A stretch of 34,588 nt of DNA from Fidelibacterota bacterium UBA1611. GTDB lineage: Bacteria; Fidelibacterota; Marinisomatia; Marinisomatales; UBA1611. The position numbers and the translations under genes were made by a program. Under the pieces are notes generated by a model that saw only the letters and a list, made by a program, of their open reading frames with translations, was not told the origin of the DNA and did no database searches. Positions 18,074-27,451 of this stretch are shown here, one piece after another (positions within the stretch are counted from its first letter, which is position 1; each line of letters opens with the position of its first letter). The DNA is taken from NCBI GenBank assembly GCA_002321855.1, contig DCMX01000032.1, positions 2,078 through 36,665 on the forward strand. The letters are read 5' to 3'.

Positions 18074-19344
18074 TGAAGAAAGTTTTAGTGATATCTTATT
18101 ACTGGCCCCCTAGCGGAGGTCCAGGGGTACAGCGCGTATTGAAATTTTGTAAATATTTACCAGAGTTTGGTTGGGAACCGATCGTACTAACGGTAAAAAA
18201 TGGAGAATTTCCATCACTGGATGAATCCCTCATAATTGAAGCGAAATCGATAAGAGTTCATTATGCAGGGGCAATATCCCCTTATGAATTATTCAAGGTC
18301 TTCTCTAAATCGAAACGAATCCAAACCCATCAATTAAGCGCTCAAACAAATGAACCGATCTTCAATAGGTTCGCTCGTTGGGTTCGGTATAATATGGTGG
18401 TTCCTGATGGACGCATAGGTTGGTATCCCGGTGCGGTAAGATTAGGTTTGAATATTCTTGAAAGTGAAGATATTGACCTAATTTTCTCTTCTGGACCACC
18501 CCATACATCCCATTTGATCGCAAGAAAATTATCTAAAAATTCCGGATTGAAATGGACGGCAGATTTTCGGGATCCGTGGACCGATCGTTTCTATTATGTT
18601 GAAGCGCCACGCAATAGATTAATACGATGGTTCGATAAAATACTTGAAAAAAAAGTACTGAGTAAAGCAGATCAAATAACTGTAGTTAGTCCGGGATTTT
18701 TCAATCAGTTAGATAGCCGTGCTCCAATAAAAGATAAATCGAAGATTCTTTTTAATGGGTTTGATGAAGAAGATTTCAAAGAAATGCCATTTCCTAAAAA
18801 GGGTAATGAGAATATCGTGATCTCACATATAGGCTCACTTTCAAGATCACAAAATCCGATCTTATTATTCAAGGCTATTCTTTCGTACTGTGGAGAATTT
18901 TCTAAAAATGGTATCAGGTTGAGACTTATAGGATCTGTCCATCCGGAAATAAAGGACACGATCAATAAGTTCAAATTGGACCACCTGGTAGAATTCATAG
19001 AATATTTACCTCATGCAGATGCTATCAAGCACATGATGGAATCTGATGCTCTATTAATTGTGATACCTGAACTTCCAGGAAATAATGGAATCATCCCTGG
19101 AAAATTGTATGAATACTTACGTAGCGGATCACAAATAATTCTAATTGGGAACGATAATTGTGATGCAGCCGATATTGTTAGGAGTGTCGGTGGATTTTGC
19201 ATTAACCAAAATCGACCGTATCTTGATATAGCAAAGATCACTTCTATCAAAACCCCGAGAGAAAAATCTAAATTAGATCAATACTCAAGGCGATATCAGA
19301 CAGAGATTTTATCAGAAATATTTTCGAATTGTGTTAACGCATAA
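18073..19344 (+). CDS. GT-B fold glycosyltransferase (GT4-like)
   Basis: GTG start overlaps the upstream TAG by 1 nt. N-terminus KVLVISYYWPPSGGPGVQRVLKFCKYLPEFGWEPIVLT and C-terminal PGKLYEYLRSGSQIILIG are typical of a group-1-like transferase family. Donor and acceptor unknown. Confidence 0.65.
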   Translation: MKKVLVISYYWPPSGGPGVQRVLKFCKYLPEFGWEPIVLTVKNGEFPSLDESLIIEAKSIRVHYAGAISPYELFKVFSKSKRIQTHQLSAQTNEPIFNRFARWVRYNMVVPDGRIGWYPGAVRLGLNILESEDIDLIFSSGPPHTSHLIARKLSKNSGLKWTADFRDPWTDRFYYVEAPRNRLIRWFDKILEKKVLSKADQITVVSPGFFNQLDSRAPIKDKSKILFNGFDEEDFKEMPFPKKGNENIVISHIGSLSRSQNPILLFKAILSYCGEFSKNGIRLRLIGSVHPEIKDTINKFKLDHLVEFIEYLPHADAIKHMMESDALLIVIPELPGNNGIIPGKLYEYLRSGSQIILIGNDNCDAADIVRSVGGFCINQNRPYLDIAKITSIKTPREKSKLDQYSRRYQTEILSEIFSNCVNA

Positions 19345-20388
19345 ATGGTCGAGTTCAAACAATTCATCAAATCAATTCTACTAATGGTCAGGTTACCTTT
19401 TCTAAGGTTATTCAGTAGCACATTTTTTTTGAGCGCATTCTTTTACAGTATTTTTTCCAGTGCATTTTGGAGGGAATTCAATAGTGTTTTGATCGGACGG
19501 TATTTGTATTTAAAGCGTTTACATGAAAAATCGGAAAATATGTTCTTATTGAGGAGAAATGTCCATCGTTTAGAAAAGGGTTTGCTCATGCGGCCCCGTA
19601 GATCTGTTTTTGGATTAAAATATATTGAAGAACTGATAAATGTATATGAAGGATTAGTCAGTAAGGATATAGAAAATGATTTGTCAATAAAGAATCAATT
19701 AATCTGGGCCCATGATGTGTTGGAAAAATATTTCTCTGTTGTGGGAGAACATACGATAATTTCTAAGTGTAGAGACCAATTCGAGAAGATTGATATAGCA
19801 TATGAGTCTGATGAGAAAAAGGTTCCTTTTAACCTGATTACTAAAGGTTCACCAGTTCAATATGACGAATTTTTCAAATTGACAAAGAATAGACGTTCAG
19901 TACGCTGGTTTCTCCCAAAACCCGTTCCAAGGAAAATGATCGACCAAGCTATTTTAGCTGCCGTTCAATCGCCAAGCTCTTGTAATCGTCTGCCATATGA
20001 ATTCCGAGTTATTGATGATGAGAAAATGGTTAAAGAAGTGTCGACCATACCCATGGGTACAAAGGGATTTGCCGATAATATACCGGTGATTATCGCTGTT
20101 GTTGGTCATCTTGATGCATTTTTCAACGAGAGGGACCGACACCTGATTTATATCGATGCCAGTTTAGCATCAATGGCGATGGTATTATCCTTCGAAACTA
20201 TGGGATTATCAACCTGCTGTTTGAACTGGCCGGATATTCCCAAGCGGGAGAAGAGCATAAAAAAAGTACTAAACCTTGAACGAAAAAATCGTGTTATCAT
20301 GCTCCTGGCTGTAGGATGGGCAGACCCGGAAGGTAAAGTAGCTTACTCTGAAAAAAAACCATTGGACCTTATCCGTAAATATAATTGA
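19345..20388 (+). CDS. Nitroreductase-family protein with an N-terminal extension of about 170 aa
   Basis: C-terminal half carries RRSVRWF, ILAAVQSPSSCNRLPYEF, IPVIIAVVG, DASLASMAMVLSFETMGLSTC and MLLAVGWAD, consistent with the FMN nitroreductase fold. The N-terminal part has a hydrophobic stretch (FSSTFFLSAFFYSIFSSAFW) and no recognised motif. Confidence 0.75.
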   Translation: MVEFKQFIKSILLMVRLPFLRLFSSTFFLSAFFYSIFSSAFWREFNSVLIGRYLYLKRLHEKSENMFLLRRNVHRLEKGLLMRPRRSVFGLKYIEELINVYEGLVSKDIENDLSIKNQLIWAHDVLEKYFSVVGEHTIISKCRDQFEKIDIAYESDEKKVPFNLITKGSPVQYDEFFKLTKNRRSVRWFLPKPVPRKMIDQAILAAVQSPSSCNRLPYEFRVIDDEKMVKEVSTIPMGTKGFADNIPVIIAVVGHLDAFFNERDRHLIYIDASLASMAMVLSFETMGLSTCCLNWPDIPKREKSIKKVLNLERKNRVIMLLAVGWADPEGKVAYSEKKPLDLIRKYN

Positions 20389-21533
20389 TGGTCATTGAGA
20401 TAAAAGGAGCTGCTTTTGTCAACAAGGGCGCTCAGCTTATGCTAAAAGCTTTGATTACAAAAAGAGAATTATTTAGTGATGATTCTATTTTTGTGATGCA
20501 TATGATGTCCGGATCTTTCTCCGATAGAAATTCCTACCGATTGGGACATTTAGCATGGCTACACACATGGAATTATCTTCCTGCAGCAACTTTAACAGAT
20601 ACCTTCTTTTCTTATTTTCCCCGTAAACTTAGAAAAAAGTATAATATATGGTTGAAGAATGAGGTCAAATGGGTATTGGATATCTCAGGTTTTATCTACT
20701 CCGATGATTTTGGGTCAAAGCCGTCCAGTAGAATGGCAGACTATTATCGACAATTACGAAAAGCCGGTGCAAGGATCATTATTATGCCTCAGGCAATGGG
20801 TCCATTTGAAAAACCTAATGTCAGAGAATCCGTTCTTAAGATCATAGATGCTGCTGAGCTTATCTTTATTAGGGACGATATATCATTTGGCCATGTAACC
20901 GAATTGGCAGGTCATTTAGAGAAAATAATCTACGCTCCTGATTTTACACTTTCGTTAATGGGTAAGGAGAATGAAAAGTACAATGATTTGAAGGATAGAG
21001 TGTGCATTATACCCAATGAAAAGTTATTCAGATCACACACTATCGACAAAAATAAGTATATCGGACTAATCAATTCTATCATTTTATTTTGCAGTAAGAA
21101 AAAGGCTCGTCCTTTTCTGCTACTACATGAATATAATAAGGATAATTCTCTCCTGGAGAGCCTCAAAGGAAAAATCGATATGTCTTTAGATATCATAAGT
21201 GAAAGTGACCCGCTTGTACTTAAGGGTATTATTGGTAGTTCGAAATTGGTTATCAGTTCACGCTATCATGGCCTCATAAATGCGCTCTACCAATCTGTAC
21301 CTGTTATTGCAACAGGCTGGAGTCATAAATATGAAGCATTAATGAATGAATATGATCTTGGAGATTATATGATCTCTGATTATGATCCTCGATCAATAAG
21401 TCACATGATGACCGATCTCTTTGATACAATTATGTCAGATACCATAACTAAAAGGATTTCTCTGGAAAACGCAAGACGGGAAAAGAGATTGAATGAAATG
21501 TGGAAGCAAATCACCACTGTAATGCAAACGTAG
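20388..21533 (+). CDS. Polysaccharide pyruvyl transferase family protein (WcaK/CsaB-like)
   Basis: ATG at 20388 overlaps the nitroreductase TGA by 1 nt; TTG at 20385 is an alternative. N-terminus VIEIKGAAFVNKGAQLMLKAL and C-terminal SSRYHGLINALYQSVPVIATGWSHKYEALMNEYDL match the family signature. Confidence 0.8.
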   Translation: MVIEIKGAAFVNKGAQLMLKALITKRELFSDDSIFVMHMMSGSFSDRNSYRLGHLAWLHTWNYLPAATLTDTFFSYFPRKLRKKYNIWLKNEVKWVLDISGFIYSDDFGSKPSSRMADYYRQLRKAGARIIIMPQAMGPFEKPNVRESVLKIIDAAELIFIRDDISFGHVTELAGHLEKIIYAPDFTLSLMGKENEKYNDLKDRVCIIPNEKLFRSHTIDKNKYIGLINSIILFCSKKKARPFLLLHEYNKDNSLLESLKGKIDMSLDIISESDPLVLKGIIGSSKLVISSRYHGLINALYQSVPVIATGWSHKYEALMNEYDLGDYMISDYDPRSISHMMTDLFDTIMSDTITKRISLENARREKRLNEMWKQITTVMQT

Positions 21534-21542
21534 CATTTTTCT

Positions 21543-23012
21543 ATGGCAATACGAAAACCAGTAATTACAGCTGGGAAACAGGGTTTTATTTATGGATCAG
21601 GAAACATACTCAATAAACTTGCGTCTTTTCTGCTAATTCCTGTTTATACGGTATTTCTCCCAACATCAGTCGTGGGTATCTTGATCTTAATTGAATTGTT
21701 CGAGAATCTTCTTGTCAATTTTCTACCCTATGGAGTTGCCTATGGTATGTGGGAGAAATTAAAAAAAGAGCCCGAGAAAAAATTCCAATCCTTTTCTTCT
21801 GCTTTTTACTCGTCACTAATAACCACATCCTTAGCCATTTTACTATTATACCTTAGCAGTGGATCGTTCATATACTTTTTAGGGATACCTGAGGATATAG
21901 ATTGGGTCTATAAATTGATCCTTTTGAATATTCTATTCAATGTTCAGATCCGCGTTTTTCTTTGGTTTATTCAATATGAGGGAAAAGCAATTCAATTTAT
22001 AGCAGTATCATTTATACAATTTGCAGGGACCCTTCTTTTATCTATCCTGTTTGTTGTATACCAGGGAAAAGGTCTGGAAGGATTTATAATTGGGAAATTT
22101 TTTTCTTACCTGGTTGTATTTGTAGGTTGCCTTTTATATACGCTATTCAAATATCCTAAAACCATTGACTTCTATCGATATATATCCATGTTGCGGTTTG
22201 GATTCCCATTAATGGTCTTAGGATTGACTCATCCCATAATAACAATATTGGATAGATTTGTAATGCGGATGATAGAGCTACCTTTGGATCAGATCGGTAT
22301 CTACAGTGTCGGCTATAAATTTGGTATGATCATTAATATGATTCTCGTGATTCCCATGCAGCGTGTGTGGAGCCCAATGATGTTTAAATTGGGGCTTAAA
22401 GAAGATAACCTCCAGTATCACCGGGATTTTCTGCTTTATTATTCAATAATTGGAATGAGCCTATTTGTAGGGCTGTTATTATTTAGCAGGGAAATATTAG
22501 GAGCGATAGCTACTGTTTCATATGATTCCGCCGCAAGTATCATACCGATAATTGCACTGGCCTATTTTTTCCATGGTTACCGAATATTTTTCCAGGCTGG
22601 AGCTGCCTTGACAGGAAAAACATGGGATCTGATACTTATACCAATGATAACTATTTGTGTTAGTGGAATCATAAATTATCTGCTAATTCTTCAGCATGGT
22701 GTAATAGGAGCTGCTATTGCCACACTAATATCCTATCTATTATTGGATATCATAGTGTATATAGTTTCCGGTCGGTCTTTAAATATCGAATGGGAATGGA
22801 AAAAACTGGTAAACCTTTTTTTGTTGGTTGGTATTATAGTATACGTATTTTTCAATTTCATACTTTCCCTTGATCGTGATGTTCTATTATTCGAAAAATT
22901 GTTACTCTTGATAATTTTTTTTATTGGCTTGGTTGTTTTTCGTATCATTGGGTTAAAAGAGCTCAATAGTATAAAATGGATAGTTCAAAGAATATTAAGG
23001 ATGGATCCTTGA
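21543..23012 (+). CDS. Wzx-type polysaccharide flippase (MOP superfamily)
   Basis: A polytopic protein of about 490 aa. N-terminus GFIYGSGNILNKLASFLLIPVYTVFLPTSVVGI is typical of polysaccharide-biosynthesis (Wzx) proteins, with helices throughout. Confidence 0.75.
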   Translation: MAIRKPVITAGKQGFIYGSGNILNKLASFLLIPVYTVFLPTSVVGILILIELFENLLVNFLPYGVAYGMWEKLKKEPEKKFQSFSSAFYSSLITTSLAILLLYLSSGSFIYFLGIPEDIDWVYKLILLNILFNVQIRVFLWFIQYEGKAIQFIAVSFIQFAGTLLLSILFVVYQGKGLEGFIIGKFFSYLVVFVGCLLYTLFKYPKTIDFYRYISMLRFGFPLMVLGLTHPIITILDRFVMRMIELPLDQIGIYSVGYKFGMIINMILVIPMQRVWSPMMFKLGLKEDNLQYHRDFLLYYSIIGMSLFVGLLLFSREILGAIATVSYDSAASIIPIIALAYFFHGYRIFFQAGAALTGKTWDLILIPMITICVSGIINYLLILQHGVIGAAIATLISYLLLDIIVYIVSGRSLNIEWEWKKLVNLFLLVGIIVYVFFNFILSLDRDVLLFEKLLLLIIFFIGLVVFRIIGLKELNSIKWIVQRILRMDP

Positions 23013-25330
23013 AAGATAAAAAGTATATCCCCTTTTTGATTTTGTTTATAACTGCCCTTTTTCTCTGGAAAATGATTGTCTATGGATATATCCCTTTGGC
23101 AAATGACATGGTTGCTCATGAACCTATTAAAAAGTGGATCGCTACTACATCAGAATTCCCACATTGGTTTCCAAATCTATTCTCAGGGCTTCCATCTTAT
23201 GGAGGTTATATCTATACGCCAGGTGATCCCATAAAACCAATTTTGGATATCATTCTTTTCAACAAAGGTGTAAAAATATGGTTCTATTTTACACTTGGGG
23301 GACTGGGTCTTTTCTATTTTCTACGTTTTCTGGGAAAAAGTATTTTCCCTGCCCTATTTGGCGGAATTTCCTATGCCCTGACACCTTATGGGTTTGGTCT
23401 GATCAATGCTGGTCACAACAATAAGATCATGGCAATGGCCTTTATACCATGGATCCTATTTGCTATCATGTATACAATGAGAACCAGATCTCTAAGATCA
23501 ATACTTTTTCTCAGCATCCTCACGGCACTGCAATTATGGGCTAATCACCCTCAAATAGTATATTATACCTGGATGATGGTAGGTGTGTGGTGGCTATGGA
23601 GTATATGCTTTGATCTAAAGGATAAGACTTTTTCTGTATATAGGACCGGATCGAGCTTAGGTCTTATTTGTTCTGGTCTGTTCTTAGCTTTTTTAATGGT
23701 ATCTGATCCCTATATAGATGTCTATACTTTTCAAAAGTATTCTAATCGTGGTGCGCCTTCTGTGACAGATAAAACAGATGACACAAGAACTGGCACAAAG
23801 TGGGATTATGCGACCCAATGGTCCTTCCATCCTAAAGAGACCATCTCATTTCTATACCCGTATCATTATGGACTACAGAATTTTCCCGCAAAGGATATGA
23901 GCGCCGCAGCATATTGGGGATATATGCCGTTCACCCAATCCACCCATTATTTGGGATTGATGGTGATACTTTTAGCAGTTTTAGGTGCCTTGCTCAGAAA
24001 ACCTGATCGCTATGAATTATTTTTTTGGTTATCCAGCTTTTTAGTTCTTCTGATCGGTTTTGGGAGCCATTTTCCAGTGCTTTATAAACCATTGTTCGCA
24101 ATAGCGCCATTCTTTTCAAAATTCAGGATTCCTTCCATGATCTATATTCTGCTTGCGGTCACAATACCGTGTCTTGCTGCAAATGGTATGGATTTACTTA
24201 TAGAAAAGGGAAAACAAAAAGAAACCCTTATTAAGTGTCAATGGTTCTTTGGGAGCTTTATTGGGTTAACCCTATTATTATTTTTATTTGGTGAGTCTCT
24301 TTTATCTTTTTCATCGATAGGAGATAGTCGTTTCAACCCTGCTTTGATCTCCAAAGTGCAAGATATCAGGGTAGATCTTTTTCATAAAGGTTTATTATTA
24401 GCGCTGACCATAGTTGGAGCAGGATTTGGTCTGGTATGGGCTTATACCAAAGGACACCTGAACGCATGGGTCTTCTCTGTTATGATTATCATGTTATCTT
24501 TAGTTGACCTATGGATAGTTGATCAGGAATTTTTAAAGTTGAAACCTGCCAAGAATATGGGCGCCCAGTTCAGAATGGATCCAGTGATCTCATATCTTCT
24601 TGAAGACAAAGGTCATTACAGAATATTTCCTGCTGATGAATTGAGTTCGAACAGATATGGCTACTGGGGTATTGAGAGCATCGGTGGATATCGTGCTGTC
24701 AAACTTCGACACTATCAGGACCTGATGGATGCTGGAGGTTTCGGAAGACCTGCTATATTAAGTATGTTAAATGTGAAGTATCTGATCACGGGGAAAAAAG
24801 TACGCAATACATCATTTATACCTGCGCCAAATGTTAAAGGTATCTATGAGAATAAGGATGTCATGCCCAGGGCCTGGTTAGTAGGAAACGTTGAGAGTGT
24901 TACAGACCAAAAAGCATCTTTATCTAAAATAATTTCTAAATCATTCAGGCCGCAAAGAACAGCAGTTGTAGTCAATTATACAGGGCCAGACCTACCTGGA
25001 ACCGTGCAGGGTACTGCTACGATAAGATCACTCATAGAAAATGAGATACTTATTGATGTTCAGACAGATAGCTCAGCCTTGCTTGTTCTATCAGAAGTTT
25101 ATTATGCACCGGGATGGAAGTGCGATATAAATGGAGAGCCCACAAAGATATTTCAAACAGATCATGTTCTGCGATCCATTTACGTTCCAAAGGGACAGCA
25201 CGAGGTCAAATTCTATTATGATCATGGTTCGTGGAAGATTGCGAGAATAGCTTCCCGTAGTTCATTTTTATTCTTGGTGTGTGCCCTTTTTTTTCTATCT
25301 TGGAAAGATAACAAGAGAGCCGAGATATAA
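22976..25330 (+). CDS. YfhO-family membrane protein (GT-C-like glycosyltransferase)
   Basis: Large polytopic N-terminal part plus an extracytoplasmic C-terminal domain. That domain ends LLVLSEVYYAPGWKCDINGEPTKIFQTDHVLRSIYVPKGQHEVKFYY followed by a final TM helix, a pattern characteristic of YfhO proteins. It overlaps the flippase gene by 37 nt. Confidence 0.75.
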   Translation: MDSSKNIKDGSLKDKKYIPFLILFITALFLWKMIVYGYIPLANDMVAHEPIKKWIATTSEFPHWFPNLFSGLPSYGGYIYTPGDPIKPILDIILFNKGVKIWFYFTLGGLGLFYFLRFLGKSIFPALFGGISYALTPYGFGLINAGHNNKIMAMAFIPWILFAIMYTMRTRSLRSILFLSILTALQLWANHPQIVYYTWMMVGVWWLWSICFDLKDKTFSVYRTGSSLGLICSGLFLAFLMVSDPYIDVYTFQKYSNRGAPSVTDKTDDTRTGTKWDYATQWSFHPKETISFLYPYHYGLQNFPAKDMSAAAYWGYMPFTQSTHYLGLMVILLAVLGALLRKPDRYELFFWLSSFLVLLIGFGSHFPVLYKPLFAIAPFFSKFRIPSMIYILLAVTIPCLAANGMDLLIEKGKQKETLIKCQWFFGSFIGLTLLLFLFGESLLSFSSIGDSRFNPALISKVQDIRVDLFHKGLLLALTIVGAGFGLVWAYTKGHLNAWVFSVMIIMLSLVDLWIVDQEFLKLKPAKNMGAQFRMDPVISYLLEDKGHYRIFPADELSSNRYGYWGIESIGGYRAVKLRHYQDLMDAGGFGRPAILSMLNVKYLITGKKVRNTSFIPAPNVKGIYENKDVMPRAWLVGNVESVTDQKASLSKIISKSFRPQRTAVVVNYTGPDLPGTVQGTATIRSLIENEILIDVQTDSSALLVLSEVYYAPGWKCDINGEPTKIFQTDHVLRSIYVPKGQHEVKFYYDHGSWKIARIASRSSFLFLVCALFFLSWKDNKRAEI

Positions 25331-26488
25331 ATGTCATCATATCGTCATGCTGGAAACATAAAAGCAGGTCTATTTTTACTTGGTATTCTTCTAATAATTG
25401 GTCTTTTGTATTATACGAGATATTTAGCAGATGAACTTCGGAAGGATAACCGGGAGATAGTTCAGCTTTATGCAGAGATCATTGCTGAAACTGTGAAGGA
25501 TGAGTCTGATAAGAATCTGGACTTTGTATTTGACCATATCATCAGAAAAGTAAAGTTTCCTATTATACAATCTGACACGGAGCATATCCCTCAATTATGG
25601 AAAAATATGCCACCAGGTATAGACACGGCCAAAGACAGAAAAGACCTGTTGATCGCAATGGATAGATTAAATGAACCCATTTCTCTGGTTTATAACGGCA
25701 TCATCTTTGGTTTTCTCCATTATGGGGATTCTTATTTGATCCAGAAACTGCAATGGTGGACATATATTGAGCTGGGCTCCATTGGAATATTTATCTTACT
25801 CGGATTTTTTGGATTCAGTTTCATTCGCAATAACGAAAAACGCCATATCTGGGTCGGTATGGCCAGAGAGACTGCTCACCAGTTGGGAACCCCTGTCTCA
25901 GCCTTAATGGGCTGGGTAGATTGGTTAAAAGCACATCCGGATAAGACAACTGAGATCATTCCAGATATTAAAGCAGATCTTCAAAGGTTGGAACAGATCG
26001 GGCGACGATTCAGTAAAATGGGTTCTGATCCTGATATGGAAATCTTTGATCTATCAGAGCGAACCGAAAAGGTTATATCCTATCTTAATCGGAGAATGCC
26101 TACACTTGGGAAAAAGGTCAAACTTGTCAATGATATTGAATCTGGTGTCAATGTTCATGCTAATGGTTCTCTTCTTTCATGGTCAATTGAGAATGTGATC
26201 CGTAATGGTATTGATGCCATAGATCGTAACAATGGTGAGATATTTGTTTCTCTTAGACAAGGAAATGGGTACGCACGGATCAGAATAAAAGATAATGGTA
26301 GAGGCGTGCCAAAAAAAGATTGGAAAAATGTTTTTAGACCTGGTTTTAGCACAAAAAGGGCAGGCTGGGGCTTAGGGCTCTCATTAGCCCAGCGTATCAT
26401 TGAAGAGATACACGATGGAAAACTCTTTATAGTTGAATCCAGTTCTGTCACTGGGACAATATTTGAGTTGACCATACCATCACAATGA
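25331..26488 (+). CDS. Sensor histidine kinase with no cognate regulator in the window
   Basis: Two TM helices flank an extracytoplasmic segment of about 110 aa. H-box ETAHQLGTPVSALMGW, N-box ENVIRNGIDA, G1 IKDNGRGV, G2 GWGLGLSLA. The ATG directly abuts the YfhO stop codon with a 0-nt spacer. Confidence 0.85.
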   Translation: MSSYRHAGNIKAGLFLLGILLIIGLLYYTRYLADELRKDNREIVQLYAEIIAETVKDESDKNLDFVFDHIIRKVKFPIIQSDTEHIPQLWKNMPPGIDTAKDRKDLLIAMDRLNEPISLVYNGIIFGFLHYGDSYLIQKLQWWTYIELGSIGIFILLGFFGFSFIRNNEKRHIWVGMARETAHQLGTPVSALMGWVDWLKAHPDKTTEIIPDIKADLQRLEQIGRRFSKMGSDPDMEIFDLSERTEKVISYLNRRMPTLGKKVKLVNDIESGVNVHANGSLLSWSIENVIRNGIDAIDRNNGEIFVSLRQGNGYARIRIKDNGRGVPKKDWKNVFRPGFSTKRAGWGLGLSLAQRIIEEIHDGKLFIVESSSVTGTIFELTIPSQ

Positions 26489-26564
26489 TGCTTCAAGCTG
26501 TTTTTGGTGGATTGGCTTAACCTGTTTCACGTGTAAATTTTGCACTAATATAAAAGGAGATCTT

Positions 26565-26900
26565 GTGGATATTTTATTTGCTGCTGCGCAGCCAGGTCAG
26601 GATGGTGGAGGATTTTTAGCGTTCCTTCCCTTTATCTTGATCATGGCAATTCTTTATTTTTTTATGATCCGGCCACAGACCAAAAAGCAGAAGGAAAAAG
26701 AAAAAATGCTTTCAGAACTTAAAAAGGGGGACAAAGTCATTTCCAGCGGTGGTATCTTTGGAACAGTTTCAGGATTTAAGAATAGTGGTCGGTCCATTAT
26801 ATTAAAAGTAGATAAGAACACAAACCTGACCCTGAACAAAACAGCTATTGCTGGTTTGGCGGGAAAAGTGAGTGATACCGATTTTGAGGGGAAATCCTGA
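26565..26900 (+). CDS. yajC: Preprotein translocase subunit YajC
   Basis: AAGGAG lies 5 nt upstream of the GTG start. One TM helix, then MIRPQTKKQKEKEKMLSELKKGDKVISSGGIFGTV, the YajC signature. Confidence 0.85.
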   Translation: MDILFAAAQPGQDGGGFLAFLPFILIMAILYFFMIRPQTKKQKEKEKMLSELKKGDKVISSGGIFGTVSGFKNSGRSIILKVDKNTNLTLNKTAIAGLAGKVSDTDFEGKS

Positions 26901-27448
26901 TGCCTGCGATGGATATAGTGCATTACGGCGATCCTATATTGAGAAAAAAGTGTTCTCCTGTTAGTGATTTTTCCAATTTGAGCTCTTTGGTAGATGACCT
27001 GTTCGATTCAATGTATGAGGCAGAAGGTATTGGTTTAGCAGCAAACCAGGTCGGTCTGGATATGAACCTGTTCGTCATACATATAACAGACACTGATGAA
27101 GATGATACCCCAAGGGTATTCATTAATGGTGAGATCATTGTTTCGAAGGGTGAATGTGACTTTCCAGAAGGGTGCCTTTCCATACCGCAAGTATCACTGG
27201 ATATAGCCCGCCCTGAGACCATTATTTTCAGATACCAGGGTTTGGATGAAGAATGGAAGGAAGAAGAGTTCAATGGTCTCTTGGGAAGGGCAATTCAGCA
27301 TGAAATGGACCACCTGAATGGTATTTTAATCATAGATCGGGTAAGCTCACTAGAAAAAATGAAGATCAATAAAGAATTAAAAGAAATAAAGATAAATGCG
27401 GAAAAAAAGATGAGTAAGCGGTCCCTTGAAAAGAGGTTCGTTCTTTAA
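26900..27448 (+). CDS. def: Peptide deformylase
   Basis: The three canonical motifs are present: GIGLAANQVG, EGCLSIP and QHEMDHLNG. TGATG overlap with yajC. Confidence 0.95.
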   Translation: MPAMDIVHYGDPILRKKCSPVSDFSNLSSLVDDLFDSMYEAEGIGLAANQVGLDMNLFVIHITDTDEDDTPRVFINGEIIVSKGECDFPEGCLSIPQVSLDIARPETIIFRYQGLDEEWKEEEFNGLLGRAIQHEMDHLNGILIIDRVSSLEKMKINKELKEIKINAEKKMSKRSLEKRFVL

Positions 27449-27451
27449 TTT

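Noticed and set aside
26155-27273. Minus-strand ORFs of 113 aa (26155-26496), 89 aa (26654-26923) and 116 aa (26923-27273).
   Set aside because: They are antisense to the histidine kinase ATPase domain, yajC and def. All three sense genes carry unambiguous family motifs. The antisense translations have no motifs.
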